DNA of 43,876 nucleotides from Burkholderiales bacterium. GTDB taxonomy: Bacteria > Pseudomonadota > Gammaproteobacteria > Burkholderiales > SG8-41. The position numbers were made by a program, and so were the translations under genes. The notes under the pieces were generated by a model, which saw only the letters and a program-made list of their open reading frames with translations, searched no databases and was not told where the DNA came from. The stretch covers positions 1 to 43,876 of the forward strand of contig JBKJZR010000168.1 of NCBI GenBank assembly GCA_046715035.1, written 5' to 3'. Shown one piece after another: positions 1 to 9,291 of this stretch (its first letter is position 1; the number at the start of each line of letters is the position of its first letter).

Positions 1-454
1 CGACGCTGAACCCGTACTTTTCGTATGCCGCCAGCGCGGGGCCGTTGCGCCTGTTGACCGCAAGCACCAGCGACCGGCAGCCACGCGCCCGCGCGATGGC
101 GATGGCGCGGTCCAGCAGCATGCCGCCGTAACCCCGGCGCTGAAAATCGGGATGCACGTAGAGCTTGTCGACCTTCATCGCGTCCGACGGCGCCAGCACG
201 AAGTAGGAACAAAAACCGGCCATCGTGCCGTCGAGCAGAAGCTGGTCCCACCAGATGTCGCCGCGCTCCAGCTCCGCACGCACGATCCGCGGATCGTAAC
301 GCTGCTGCAGCATGAATTCTATCTGCGCGGCGCTGATGATACCGGGGTAATGCCGGCGCCAGATCTCGCCCGCGAGCGCGCATAGCCGTTCGACGTCCTG
401 TGGCCTGAGCGGCACTACGCTCGCCTGGACAGCGGCATCGGTCTCACGCTTCAT
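1..454 (-). CDS. GNAT family N-acetyltransferase (3' end outside window)
   Basis: Manual translation from ATG at 454 (GGAGGGAG RBS): MKRETDAAVQ...KVDKLYVHPDFQRRGYGGMLL...LAVNRRNGPALAAYEKYGF; acetyl-CoA motif QRRGYG and C-terminal N..A..YEKYGF motif. Not in the ORF track because it runs off the edge. Confidence 0.9.
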   Translation of the reverse strand, partial: MKRETDAAVQASVVPLRPQDVERLCALAGEIWRRHYPGIISAAQIEFMLQQRYDPRIVRAELERGDIWWDQLLLDGTMAGFCSYFVLAPSDAMKVDKLYVHPDFQRRGYGGMLLDRAIAIARARGCRSLVLAVNRRNGPALAAYEKYGFSV

Positions 455-482
455 GTCCGCTCCCTCCGAGTTTGGCAAGCAA

Positions 483-1370
483 TCATTCGACTGCCGGCGG
501 GCGTTCGTACGGACTGGATTCGCCCGGCGGACGCGTCTTGAAGCGCTTATGCAGCCAATAATACTGTTCCGGCATTTCGCGCACGCGCTCTTCGATGAAA
601 GCATTCATGCGGCGCGTGTCAGCCGCGATGTCGTCTCCCGGGAAATCCTGCCACGCCGGATAAAAGCGCAGCTCGTAGCCCTGCGCACCAGGAAGCTGGC
701 GGGTTACCGCAGGCACGACGACGGCGCGTCCCAGCTGCGCGAGGCGCGGCAGCGCAGTGACGGTCGCGGCCGGCACGCCGAAGAAAGGCACGAACAGCGA
801 ATCGCGCGGGCCCAAATCCATATCGGGCAGGTAATAAAACGGGACACCTTCGCGTATGGTCTTGACCACTGCGCGGATTCCGTCCTGGCGCGCGAACAGC
901 ACCGGCTTCACGAAGCGGGTGCGGCCGTGGAGCAGTATGCGGTCGAAAACCGGGTCCTTCTGCTGGCTGTACATCGATGCGCCGCGCCATTCGGTGATGA
1001 TGCGCGAGCCGCCCATATCGAGTCCGACGAAATGTGGCGCGAGCCAGATCACCGGCCGGTCCGCGACGGCTCGCCAGTGCTCGAGGCCTTCGACGCGAAC
1101 CATGCGCTGAATGCGCGCCTGGGAGCCCCACCACAAAACGCCGTGCTCGAGCAGGCTGCGGCCGAACGCGCAAAAGTGCTGTTGCGCGAGCGCGCGCCTT
1201 GCCGCGCGATCGAACTGCGGAAAACACAACGCCAGGTTGGTGAGCACCACGCGGCGGCGCGAACGGGCCAGCGCATACAGGACCAGGCCGAGACCGCGAC
1301 CGAGCGGTGAGAGCAACGGCAGCGGCAGGAAATGCAGTAACCAGATAAGCACGAGGCCCAGGCGCTCCAC
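483..1370 (-). CDS. lpxL: Lipid A biosynthesis acyltransferase (LpxL/HtrB family)
   Basis: N-terminal membrane anchor, HxxxxD (PHFVGLD), YLPDMD, FVPFFGVPA and EQYYWLHKRFKTRP motifs. Confidence 0.85.
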   Translation of the reverse strand: MERLGLVLIWLLHFLPLPLLSPLGRGLGLVLYALARSRRRVVLTNLALCFPQFDRAARRALAQQHFCAFGRSLLEHGVLWWGSQARIQRMVRVEGLEHWRAVADRPVIWLAPHFVGLDMGGSRIITEWRGASMYSQQKDPVFDRILLHGRTRFVKPVLFARQDGIRAVVKTIREGVPFYYLPDMDLGPRDSLFVPFFGVPAATVTALPRLAQLGRAVVVPAVTRQLPGAQGYELRFYPAWQDFPGDDIAADTRRMNAFIEERVREMPEQYYWLHKRFKTRPPGESSPYERPPAVE

Positions 1371-1539
1371 TATGCGCCCCCCGCGACTGCTGCCGCAGTT
1401 GCGCTACCGTCCACCGTGTAGTGTGCTGCGAGCGGAACGCGCCGCGGCCCGGGCGCGTCTGGCATGAAATTCGCTTTAGGGCCTGGCTGCTGTTTGATAT
1501 ATACTCTCGCGCTTTGTCACTTCCGCCCGCCCTATCCCC

Positions 1540-2700
1540 ATGAGTGATTTTCTATTTACTTCCGAATCGGTTTCCGAAGGTCATCCGGACAAGGTCGCGG
1601 ACCAGATTTCGGACGCCGTGCTCGACGCCATCTTAGCCCAGGACAAACACGGTCGTGTAGCCGCCGAGACGCTAGTCGCCACCGGTCTGGTGGTGATGGC
1701 GGGCCAAATCACCACCAGCGCGAAGGTGAATTACAGCGAAATCGCGCGCGACGTCATCAAGAAAATCGGCTATGACGATTCGGCTATCGGCTTCGACTAT
1801 CGCAGCTGCGCCGTGCTCACCGCCTACGATGCGCAATCCGTCGACATCGCGCAAGGCGTGGATGAAGGCAAGGGCCTCGACCTCGAGCAGGGTGCCGGCG
1901 ATCAGGGCCTGATGTACGGTTACGCGTGCGATGAGACGCCGCAACTCATGCCCGTGCCGATCTATTATTCACATCGCCTGATGGAGCGCCACGGCGAACT
2001 GCGCAAGGATGGGCGCCTGCCGTGGCTGCGGCCGGACGCGAAGTCGCAGGTCACTGTGCGCTATGTCGACGGCAAGCCGGTGCAGATCGAAACCGTCGTA
2101 ATCTCGACACAGCATCACCCCGACGTCACCCACGAGCAGATCAAGGAAGCGGTCATCGAGGAAATCGTCAAGCCGGTATTTCCCAAGCACATGCTGAAGG
2201 AAGATACCAAGTATCTGATCAACCCAACCGGGCGTTTCGTGATCGGCGGGCCCATGGGCGACACCGGCCTGACCGGCCGTAAAATCATCGTCGACACCTA
2301 CGGCGGCTATTCACGTCACGGGGGCGGCGCGTTTTCCGGCAAGGACCCGTCCAAGGTCGACCGCTCGGCGGCCTATGCTGCGCGCCATGTCGCGAAGAAC
2401 ATCGTGGCCGCGGGCCTCGCCAGCAAATGCGAAGTGCAGGTCGCGTATGCGATCGGCGTCGCGCGCCCGGTCAGCGTCCATGTGGACACGTTCGGCACGG
2501 GCAGGATCGCGGACGATAGAATCGGCAAGCTGGTCGAGCAGCATTTCGACCTGCGTCCCAAGGGCATCATCCACGCGCTGAATCTGCTGCGCCCGATCTA
2601 TTTCAAGACCGCGGCTTACGGGCACTTCGGCCGCGACGAGCCCGAGTTCTCATGGGAAGCGACCGACAAAGTCGCCGCGCTCAAGGACGCCGCCCGCTAG
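1540..2700 (+). CDS. metK: S-adenosylmethionine synthetase
   Basis: [28 protein letters not shown] signatures. Confidence 0.99.
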   Translation: MSDFLFTSESVSEGHPDKVADQISDAVLDAILAQDKHGRVAAETLVATGLVVMAGQITTSAKVNYSEIARDVIKKIGYDDSAIGFDYRSCAVLTAYDAQSVDIAQGVDEGKGLDLEQGAGDQGLMYGYACDETPQLMPVPIYYSHRLMERHGELRKDGRLPWLRPDAKSQVTVRYVDGKPVQIETVVISTQHHPDVTHEQIKEAVIEEIVKPVFPKHMLKEDTKYLINPTGRFVIGGPMGDTGLTGRKIIVDTYGGYSRHGGGAFSGKDPSKVDRSAAYAARHVAKNIVAAGLASKCEVQVAYAIGVARPVSVHVDTFGTGRIADDRIGKLVEQHFDLRPKGIIHALNLLRPIYFKTAAYGHFGRDEPEFSWEATDKVAALKDAAR

Positions 2701-2722
2701 CGCACCGCAAACAGCGTCATTC

Positions 2723-2796
2723 CACCCTGAGGGGCGCTGCAGCGGGCGTCCGTCCGCCACGCTCAGGGTGCGCAAGCACACCCGCAAGGGCGCCCA
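2723..2796 (+). ncRNA. SAH riboswitch
   Basis: P1 CACCCTGA/TCAGGGTG enclosing GAGGGGCGCTGCAGCGG...CCGCCACGCTC; pseudoknot strand GGGCGCCCA at ~2788-2796; lies directly upstream of ahcY, the canonical context. Confidence 0.9.
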
Positions 2797-2827
2797 TTCG
2801 ACTTGCAATCTGAATGGAGGACGCATC

Positions 2828-4243
2828 ATGAAAGCCGCAGTCAATCCCCAGTTTACCGACTACAAAGTCGCCGCTATCGGCCAGGCTGAATTCGGCCGTA
2901 AGGAAATCGCCATCGCCGAGACTGAAATGCCCGGTTTGATGGCGGTGCGCGAAGAGCATAAAGGCAAGCAGCCCCTAAAAGGTGCGCGCATCGCCGGCTC
3001 GCTGCACATGACCATCCAGACCGCGGTGCTGATCGAAACGCTTGCCGCGCTCGGCGCGGAAATCCGCTGGGCATCGTGCAATATATTCTCGACGCAGGAC
3101 CACGCCGCAGCCGCGATCGCCGCCCGCGGCATTCCGGTATTTGCGTACAAGGGCGAAACGCTCGAGGATTACTGGGAATACACGCACCGCATCCTCGACT
3201 GGTCGGACGGCGGCACGCCCAACATGATCCTCGACGATGGCGGCGACGCGACGCTGTTGGTGACCCTCGGCGCGAAAGCCGAAAAAGACCCGAAGGTTCT
3301 TCCCGAGGCCACGAACGAGGAAGAGCGCGTGCTGTTTGCGGCGATCCGCAAGACCCTCAAGGAGCGGCCCGGCTTCTATTCGCGGATCCAGGCCAACATC
3401 AAAGGCGTCGCCGAGGAGACGACGACCGGCGTGCATCGCCTGTACCAGATGGAGAAAGAGGGGCGCCTGCCGTTTCCCGCAATCAACGTCAACGACTCGG
3501 TGACCAAGTCCAAGTTCGACAACCTCTATGGCTGCCGGGAGTCGCTGGTCGACGCGATCAAGCGTGCTACCGACGTGATGATCGCCGGCAAGATCGCCGT
3601 GGTCGCGGGTTACGGCGACGTCGGCAAGGGCAGCGCGGAGGCTTTGCGCGCGCTGTCCGCCCAGGTGTGGGTGACCGAGATCGATCCGATCTGCGCACTG
3701 CAGGCGGCGATGGAGGGTTTCCGCGTCGTGACCATGGATTACGCGGCTGACAAGGCGGATATTTTCGTCACCGCCACCGGTAATGTCAGCGTGATCACGC
3801 ACGAGCATATGAAGCGCATGAAGCATAATGCGATCGTGTGCAACATCGGCCACTTCGATTCCGAGATCGAAATCGCTGCGCTCAAAGCTTACCCGTGGGA
3901 CAACATCAAGCCGCAGGTCGACCATGTCGTGTTCCCCGACGGCAAGCGGTTGATCCTGCTGGCCGAAGGCCGGCTGGTGAACCTCGGCTGCGGCACCGGC
4001 CATCCATCGTTCGTGATGTCCAATTCATTCACCAACCAGACCCTCGCGCAGCTCGAGCTGTTTACGAAGGGCGACCAGTACGAGAACAAGGTCTATGTGC
4101 TGCCCAAGCAGCTCGACGAGAAGGTGGCGCGCCTGCACCTGAACAAGCTCGGCGTCGACCTCACGGTGCTGACCGAATCCCAGTGTAATTATCTGAACGT
4201 GCCCATCGAGGGGCCGTACAAGTCCGACCACTACCGCTATTGA
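2828..4243 (+). CDS. ahcY: Adenosylhomocysteinase
   Basis: [41 protein letters not shown]-terminal [10 protein letters not shown]; start set at ATG 2828 after GGAGG. Confidence 0.99.
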   Translation: MKAAVNPQFTDYKVAAIGQAEFGRKEIAIAETEMPGLMAVREEHKGKQPLKGARIAGSLHMTIQTAVLIETLAALGAEIRWASCNIFSTQDHAAAAIAARGIPVFAYKGETLEDYWEYTHRILDWSDGGTPNMILDDGGDATLLVTLGAKAEKDPKVLPEATNEEERVLFAAIRKTLKERPGFYSRIQANIKGVAEETTTGVHRLYQMEKEGRLPFPAINVNDSVTKSKFDNLYGCRESLVDAIKRATDVMIAGKIAVVAGYGDVGKGSAEALRALSAQVWVTEIDPICALQAAMEGFRVVTMDYAADKADIFVTATGNVSVITHEHMKRMKHNAIVCNIGHFDSEIEIAALKAYPWDNIKPQVDHVVFPDGKRLILLAEGRLVNLGCGTGHPSFVMSNSFTNQTLAQLELFTKGDQYENKVYVLPKQLDEKVARLHLNKLGVDLTVLTESQCNYLNVPIEGPYKSDHYRY

Positions 4244-4250
4244 TAGCCGC

Positions 4251-4315
4251 TTGACGGCTTTGGGCGAGCGGCTCCATAATGGCTCCATAGTGGAAGTTAT
4301 TTGGAGCCATTATGG
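4251..4315 (+). promoter_or_regulatory. TA operon promoter with autoregulatory inverted-repeat operator
   Basis: TTGACG (4251-4256) N18 CATAAT (4275-4280); perfect 14-bp inverted repeat CCATAATGGCTCCA (4274-4287)/TGGAGCCATTATGG (4302-4315). Confidence 0.75.
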
Positions 4316-4626
4316 CTGTTAACCTATCGATTAAGAATGTGCCTGACACGCTCGCAGAAACGTTGCGCGCGCGGGCCGAGCGCAATCACCGCTCGCTGCA
4401 AGGCGAGTTGATGGCGATCCTGGAAAGTGCGGTCGATGCGCGCGTCCCCGCATCGGAGGCAGCAACTTCTCCGGTACGCAAGCTTTCAATCGACGAAGTC
4501 GCCGAGCAGGCGCGCAAGCTTTTTCCACGGGGCACGCCCAGTTCCACTGGCTTTATCCGCGCCATGCGGGACGGCCGCTACGGCGAGGAATGGGCGCGCA
4601 CCGGGCGCCACGATCAGCCGGACTGA
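4312..4626 (+). CDS. FitA/Arc-like ribbon-helix-helix antitoxin (VapB-type)
   Basis: NLSIKNVPDTLAETLRARAERNHRSLQGELMAIL RHH pattern; 3 nt upstream of a PIN toxin gene. Confidence 0.88.
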   Translation: MAVNLSIKNVPDTLAETLRARAERNHRSLQGELMAILESAVDARVPASEAATSPVRKLSIDEVAEQARKLFPRGTPSSTGFIRAMRDGRYGEEWARTGRHDQPD

Positions 4627-4629
4627 GTA

Positions 4630-5073
4630 ATGGCGAGGCTCATCGTTGCGGAACCGCCGGCAACCTATGCGCAACGGCCCGCGTTGGTCGTCGACGCCAG
4701 CGTGCTGACTGCGGCGGTGTTCGCTGAAACCGAGCAGGAGCAGGCGTTGGCCTGGATGCGGGGACGCGCATTGTGCGCCCCGGAAGTGGTGGATCTCGAG
4801 ATGACCAATGCCGCCTTGAACAAGCTCCGCCGCAGGCTCGCCTCCGTGGAAGCTGCCACCGCGGCGCTGGCCAAATTCGCTGCGCTGGACATCGAACGCC
4901 GCTCCATCGCGACCGATGGCGTCTTTGATCTTGCCGTGCGGTGGAAGCTATCCGCGTACGACGCCGCATACCTCTGGCTGGCGGCCGAGATCAAGGCGCC
5001 GCTGGCGACGTTCGACACGCGGCTGGGTGAAGCGGCCAAGGCGCATCTCGAAAATCTCGGGAGAAAAGCGTGA
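4630..5073 (+). CDS. vapC: VapC family PIN-domain toxin
   Basis: LVVDASV, E(M)TNAL, LSAYDAAYLWLA, LATFD PIN acidic motifs. Confidence 0.92.
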   Translation: MARLIVAEPPATYAQRPALVVDASVLTAAVFAETEQEQALAWMRGRALCAPEVVDLEMTNAALNKLRRRLASVEAATAALAKFAALDIERRSIATDGVFDLAVRWKLSAYDAAYLWLAAEIKAPLATFDTRLGEAAKAHLENLGRKA

Positions 5074-5346
5074 CGCCGCGCGAACGCTTTCTCGCGTTGC
5101 TCAAGCACGACATACTCAAGCTCGACCTCGCAGAACTTAACTTCGGATCTGCTGCATGAGTTTAAGACACTGACGCTCGACGTGTTGCCCACCCGCAGTT
5201 ACTTGGTCAGCGCAACAACTTTTTCGGCGATTGAAGCGCGCGAGCCCGGCGTATCGCGCGCGAGTCTTCGTGATCGCGGCATGCTGATGCAGGCGAAGAC
5301 CTGCGGAATATACCAACGATTTCGGACGATCTACGCACCGCGCTAA
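5070..5346 (+). pseudogene. Probable deletion scar: Type III R-M Mod N-terminus fused to Res C-terminus
   Basis: GTG 5070 overlaps the vapC stop and gives MTPRERFLALLKHDILKLDLAELNFG (stop 5159); a second frame 5146-5346 reads DLLHEFKTLTLDVLPTRSYLVSATTFSAIEAREPGVSRASLRDRGMLMQ. Resemblance is from memory only. Confidence 0.45.
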
Positions 5347-5388
5347 TAACCGCCGTGGCAGAATAAATTATTGTTACAGTGACTACCC

Positions 5389-6234
5389 ATGCAATCACAA
5401 AGGAAATTCACGCGCACCTTCAGCTTCGAGTTCTTCCCGCCCAACTCGGAGGAGGGGCAGGAGAAGCTGCGGGCGACAACGCGACAGCTCGCGCAGCTGA
5501 CGCCGAAGTTTTTCTCGGTGACGTATGGCGCAGGCGGCTCGACGCGCGAGCGCACGCTCGGCACCGTGCTCGAGATCCGGGCGACCGGCCATGCGGCCGC
5601 GCCGCACATCTCCTGCGTCGCGTCGACGAAGGAGAATATCCGCGAGTGGCTGCAGCGCTACCAGGATCACGGCATCAAGCATCTCGTGGCGCTGCGGGGC
5701 GACCTGCCCTCGGGGCTGGGGGCGACCGGCGAGTTCCGCTACGCCAACGAGCTCGTGGCATTCATCCGCGCCGAGTTCGGGGACACGTTCCATATCGAAG
5801 TCGCTGCCTACCCCGAGTTTCATCCCCAGTCCAGCCGCGCGCAGGACGACCTGCTCGCCTTCAGGCGCAAAGTCGAGGCGGGTGCCGATTCGGCGATCAC
5901 GCAGTACTTCTACAATGCCGATGCTTATTACCGTTTCATCGATGAATGCGAAGCGATGGGTATCGATATCCCCATCGTTCCGGGCATCATGCCGATCGGC
6001 CGTTTTTCGCAGCTCGCGCGCTTCTCGGACGCCTGCGGCGCCGAGATTCCGCGCTGGATCCGCAAGAAATTCGAAGGCTACGGCGACGATCTCGCGTCGA
6101 TTCGGGCTTTCGGCCTAGATGTCGTGACGGCGCTCTGCGATGACCTGTTGAAGCAGGGCGCGCCCGGGCTGCATTTTTACACCCTCAACCAGGCCGGGCT
6201 CACCACGACCATCTGGCAGCGGCTGGGACTGTAA
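5389..6234 (+). CDS. metF: 5,10-methylenetetrahydrofolate reductase
   Basis: FSFEFFPP, SVTYGAGGS, ALRGD, AAYPEFHP, ITQYF, GLHFYTLN. Confidence 0.98.
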   Translation: MQSQRKFTRTFSFEFFPPNSEEGQEKLRATTRQLAQLTPKFFSVTYGAGGSTRERTLGTVLEIRATGHAAAPHISCVASTKENIREWLQRYQDHGIKHLVALRGDLPSGLGATGEFRYANELVAFIRAEFGDTFHIEVAAYPEFHPQSSRAQDDLLAFRRKVEAGADSAITQYFYNADAYYRFIDECEAMGIDIPIVPGIMPIGRFSQLARFSDACGAEIPRWIRKKFEGYGDDLASIRAFGLDVVTALCDDLLKQGAPGLHFYTLNQAGLTTTIWQRLGL

Positions 6235-6277
6235 CGCGAGCGGCGTGCGGCGCTACAGGGCTTTGGTCTGACCTAAC

Positions 6278-6392
6278 CGCGTTACAGCGCTCGACCCCCG
6301 GCCCTGAACTTCACTCCAGCGGGTGACGGGCGAGCGCTGCGACGGTCCTCAGGACAAGCGTCGAGCGCAGCCTCGAGGTCGGCCGGTTTTTT
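6278..6392 (+). other. Putative structured RNA leader ending in a U-tract
   Basis: Mutually exclusive helices 6280-6293/6331-6344 and 6287-6295/6360-6368; CCGGCC (6298-6303)/GGCCGG (6381-6386) followed by T6. Confidence 0.35.
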
Positions 6393-6428
6393 GATGCTCA
6401 ACAATGATGTCTCAAAGGAGGAAACGCC

Positions 6429-6542
6429 ATGCCCCGCGCGAGCCGGAAGGGTTCGGCCATCGCCGCAAGCGATGACTGCGTCGTTGTCGAAGGCAACAGG
6501 GAGCGCATCGCTTTCTGGAAAGGCGTAACGGTCGAAACGTAA
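6429..6542 (+). CDS. Small hypothetical protein (37 aa) or gene remnant
   Basis: SD AAAGGAGG (6414-6421) 7 nt before ATG; MPRASRKGSAIAASDDCVVVEGNRERIAFWKGVTVET. Confidence 0.45.
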   Translation: MPRASRKGSAIAASDDCVVVEGNRERIAFWKGVTVET

Positions 6543-6574
6543 GCCGCCCCCGCACGCACATTCCGCCGCCAGCC

Positions 6575-8353
6575 ATGAGCGACCCGCGGCCCGTCCCGCC
6601 CACGCGCGAGCTGCGTCAGCTCGCGCGCATTCTCGGCTTCCTCAGGCCCTACCGCGCGCGCATCGCCGGAGCGCTGGTCGCCCTCGTGGTCGCTGCAGGC
6701 GGCGTCCTCGTGATCGGCCAGGGCCTGCGTCACGTGATCGACCGCGGCATCGTCGGCGCCGACGCGGCGCTGCTCGATCAGATCCTGTTCGGTCTGCTGT
6801 TCGTGGTTACGGTACTGGCAGTCGCAACGTACACGCGGTTTTATCTGGTTTCGTGGGTAGGCGAGCGCGTCGTCGCCGATATCCGCGGCGCGTTGTTCGC
6901 GCACCTGCTCACGCTGTCTCCTGAATTCTTCGAAACCACCCGCACGGGCGAAGTCATTGCCCGCGTGACCGGCGACGTCGCGCAAATCGAGACGGTGATC
7001 GGCACCAGCGTTTCCATGGCGCTGCGCAATGTGCTGCTCCTGATCGGGGGACTGGCGCTGCTCTTCGTCACCAGTCCCAAGCTCACGCTGCTCATCCTGC
7101 TGATCGTGCCGCTGGTGGTGCTGCCCATCGTCATGCTGGGGCGGCGCGTGCGCCGCCTGTCGCGCGCCAGCCAGGACGGCATTGCCGAGGTGGGCGCGTA
7201 CCTCGACGAAGCGCTGCACGAGATACGCACGGTGCAGGCGTACGGCCACGAAGCGCACGATCGCGCATCATTTGGCGCGCGCGTGCAGGCTGCGTTCGGC
7301 GCCGCGGTGGCGCGCCTGCGCCAGCGCGCCCTGCTGATCGCGTTCGTCATATTCCTCGTTTTCGGCGCCGTCGGCGTCGTGCTGTGGATCGGCGGCCACG
7401 ACGTGCTGGCCGGTCGCATCAGCTCCGGCGACCTTTCGGCGTTCGTCTTCTACGCGGTCGTCGTGGCGGGATCGGTGGCCGCCATCAGCGAAGTCATCGG
7501 CGAGCTGCAGCGCGGCGCGGGCGCAACCGAGCGCATCATGGAGCTCCTCGCGGCCGAGCCGGTGATCAGGGCGCCGGCACGGCCGGTAGCGCTGCCGCAT
7601 CCGGCGCGCGGCGAGGTGCGCTTCGAGCACGTTACTTTTCGTTATCCGCTGCGCCGCGATGCGCCTGCGCTCGACGACTTCAGCCTCGCGGTCGCGCCGG
7701 GTGAGAAGCTTGCGCTCGTCGGCCCGTCCGGCGCTGGCAAGACGACGGCCTTTCAGCTGCTGCTGCGGTTTTACGACTGCGACAGCGGTTCGATCACGCT
7801 CGACGGGGTGGAGCTGAAGCAGGCGGATCCCGTGGCGGTGCGCAGCCGCATCGCGCTCGTCTCCCAGGACCCCGTGATCTTTGCCGCAAGCGTTGGCGAC
7901 AATGTGCGCTATGGCCGCCCGGACGCGACCGATGCCGAGGTGGAACGCGCCTGCGCCGCGGCATTTGCCGACGAGTTCATACGCCGTATGCCGGACAGCT
8001 ATCGCACCTTTCTTGGCGAGCGCGGCACGCGGCTCTCGGGAGGCCAGCGGCAGCGCATCGCCATTGCGCGCGCCATACTGTCCAGCCGCCCCGTGCTGCT
8101 ACTCGATGAGGCGACCAGCGCGCTCGATGCCGAAAGCGAGCGCGTCGTGCAGCTTGCGCTGGCCGAACTCATGCGCGGGCGCACCACGCTCATCATCGCT
8201 CACCGTCTGGCGACGGTAAAAAGCGCCGACCGCATTGCGGTGATGGACCATGGCCGTATCGTCAGCATCGGCACGCACACCGCCCTGCTCGGCGAGAATG
8301 GCTTGTACGCGCATCTCGCCGCCCTGCAGTTCACGCTCGCTACGCCAAACTGA
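6575..8353 (+). CDS. ABC exporter, fused permease/ATPase (MsbA-related)
   Basis: Multi-TM N-terminal half; GPSGAGKT Walker A, LSGGQRQR, LLLDEATSALD, IAHRL. Confidence 0.95.
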   Translation: MSDPRPVPPTRELRQLARILGFLRPYRARIAGALVALVVAAGGVLVIGQGLRHVIDRGIVGADAALLDQILFGLLFVVTVLAVATYTRFYLVSWVGERVVADIRGALFAHLLTLSPEFFETTRTGEVIARVTGDVAQIETVIGTSVSMALRNVLLLIGGLALLFVTSPKLTLLILLIVPLVVLPIVMLGRRVRRLSRASQDGIAEVGAYLDEALHEIRTVQAYGHEAHDRASFGARVQAAFGAAVARLRQRALLIAFVIFLVFGAVGVVLWIGGHDVLAGRISSGDLSAFVFYAVVVAGSVAAISEVIGELQRGAGATERIMELLAAEPVIRAPARPVALPHPARGEVRFEHVTFRYPLRRDAPALDDFSLAVAPGEKLALVGPSGAGKTTAFQLLLRFYDCDSGSITLDGVELKQADPVAVRSRIALVSQDPVIFAASVGDNVRYGRPDATDAEVERACAAAFADEFIRRMPDSYRTFLGERGTRLSGGQRQRIAIARAILSSRPVLLLDEATSALDAESERVVQLALAELMRGRTTLIIAHRLATVKSADRIAVMDHGRIVSIGTHTALLGENGLYAHLAALQFTLATPN

Positions 8354-8400
8354 GTGCGCGGTATGATGGAAGCCCGCTTACCCATTCAGAGGCGCGCGGC

Positions 8401-9291
8401 ATGAACCATCGGACCCTTCAGAAAGCCGCTTGCGGCGGGGTCGGCATTGCGGCTGCGCTCATCGCGCTCGCCATTGCCGGGTGTGCAACACCCGCGCTCG
8501 ATCTGCCCAGTGCAGCGGCGCTCGCCGAGCTCGCGCCCAAGGGCTCGCTGCGCGTGACGCTCATCCTTGCGAACCCGGTGCAGGCAACCAAAGACCCCAA
8601 GACGGGCGAGCTGCATGGTCCCGCGATCGATCTCGCGCGCTCGCTGGCGAATCGCCTGGGCGTGCCGCTCGAAACGAGCGGCGTCGGGCGCGCCGAAGAA
8701 ATCGTCGCGGGTGCGGGATCGGACAAGTGGGATGTCGCTTTTCTGGCCATCGATCGCGAGCGCAGCAGCGTGATGGACTTTTCGCGGCCCTATCTCGAAG
8801 CGCTCAACACCTGCCTGGTGCCCGCGGGATCCGGCATCCGCACCCTCGCCGATATCGATCGTCCCGGCGTGCGGATCGGCGTCGGGCAGGGCGATGCGAT
8901 AGACCTGCACTTCACACGCACGCTCAAACACGCCCAGCTCGTGCGCACTACCGGCGGGCTGCCGGCGGCGCTCGAACTGATCAAGTCGGGCAGGGCCGAT
9001 GCCTACGTGGCGAACACCCACCGGCTGCTGGAACTTTCGGCCCGCCTCCCCGGGTCGCGGGTGCTCGACGGCAGCGTGCTCGCGGCACAACAGGCGATCG
9101 CAGTACCCAAAGGACGGTCCGCCGGACTCGCCTACGTCAACCAGTTCCTCGCTCAGGCCAGAACGTCGGGTTTCGTGCAGCGCTCGATCGAGCGCGCCAA
9201 TCTGCGGGGCGTAAAGGTTGCTGCCGGTGCCGCAGCGGATGTCTCCGCTACCTCAGCGCGGGCGCAGGCGCGGGTTCAGACCGACCGCTGA
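8401..9291 (+). CDS. Family 3 (amino-acid type) periplasmic solute-binding lipoprotein
   Basis: Lipobox IAGC; GPAIDLARSLA, WDVAFLAIDRER, DIDRPGVRIGV, QQAIAVPKG. Confidence 0.85.
   Translation: MNHRTLQKAACGGVGIAAALIALAIAGCATPALDLPSAAALAELAPKGSLRVTLILANPVQATKDPKTGELHGPAIDLARSLANRLGVPLETSGVGRAEEIVAGAGSDKWDVAFLAIDRERSSVMDFSRPYLEALNTCLVPAGSGIRTLADIDRPGVRIGVGQGDAIDLHFTRTLKHAQLVRTTGGLPAALELIKSGRADAYVANTHRLLELSARLPGSRVLDGSVLAAQQAIAVPKGRSAGLAYVNQFLAQARTSGFVQRSIERANLRGVKVAAGAAADVSATSARAQARVQTDR

Noticed and set aside
2768-2827. Extended ahcY N-terminus in the ORF track
   Set aside because: Overlaps the riboswitch; ATG 2828 has the RBS.
6264-6293. SAM-II riboswitch-like CTGACCTAACCGCGTTACAG
   Set aside because: Lacks the 3' GCTAAA pseudoknot strand and a P1 helix.
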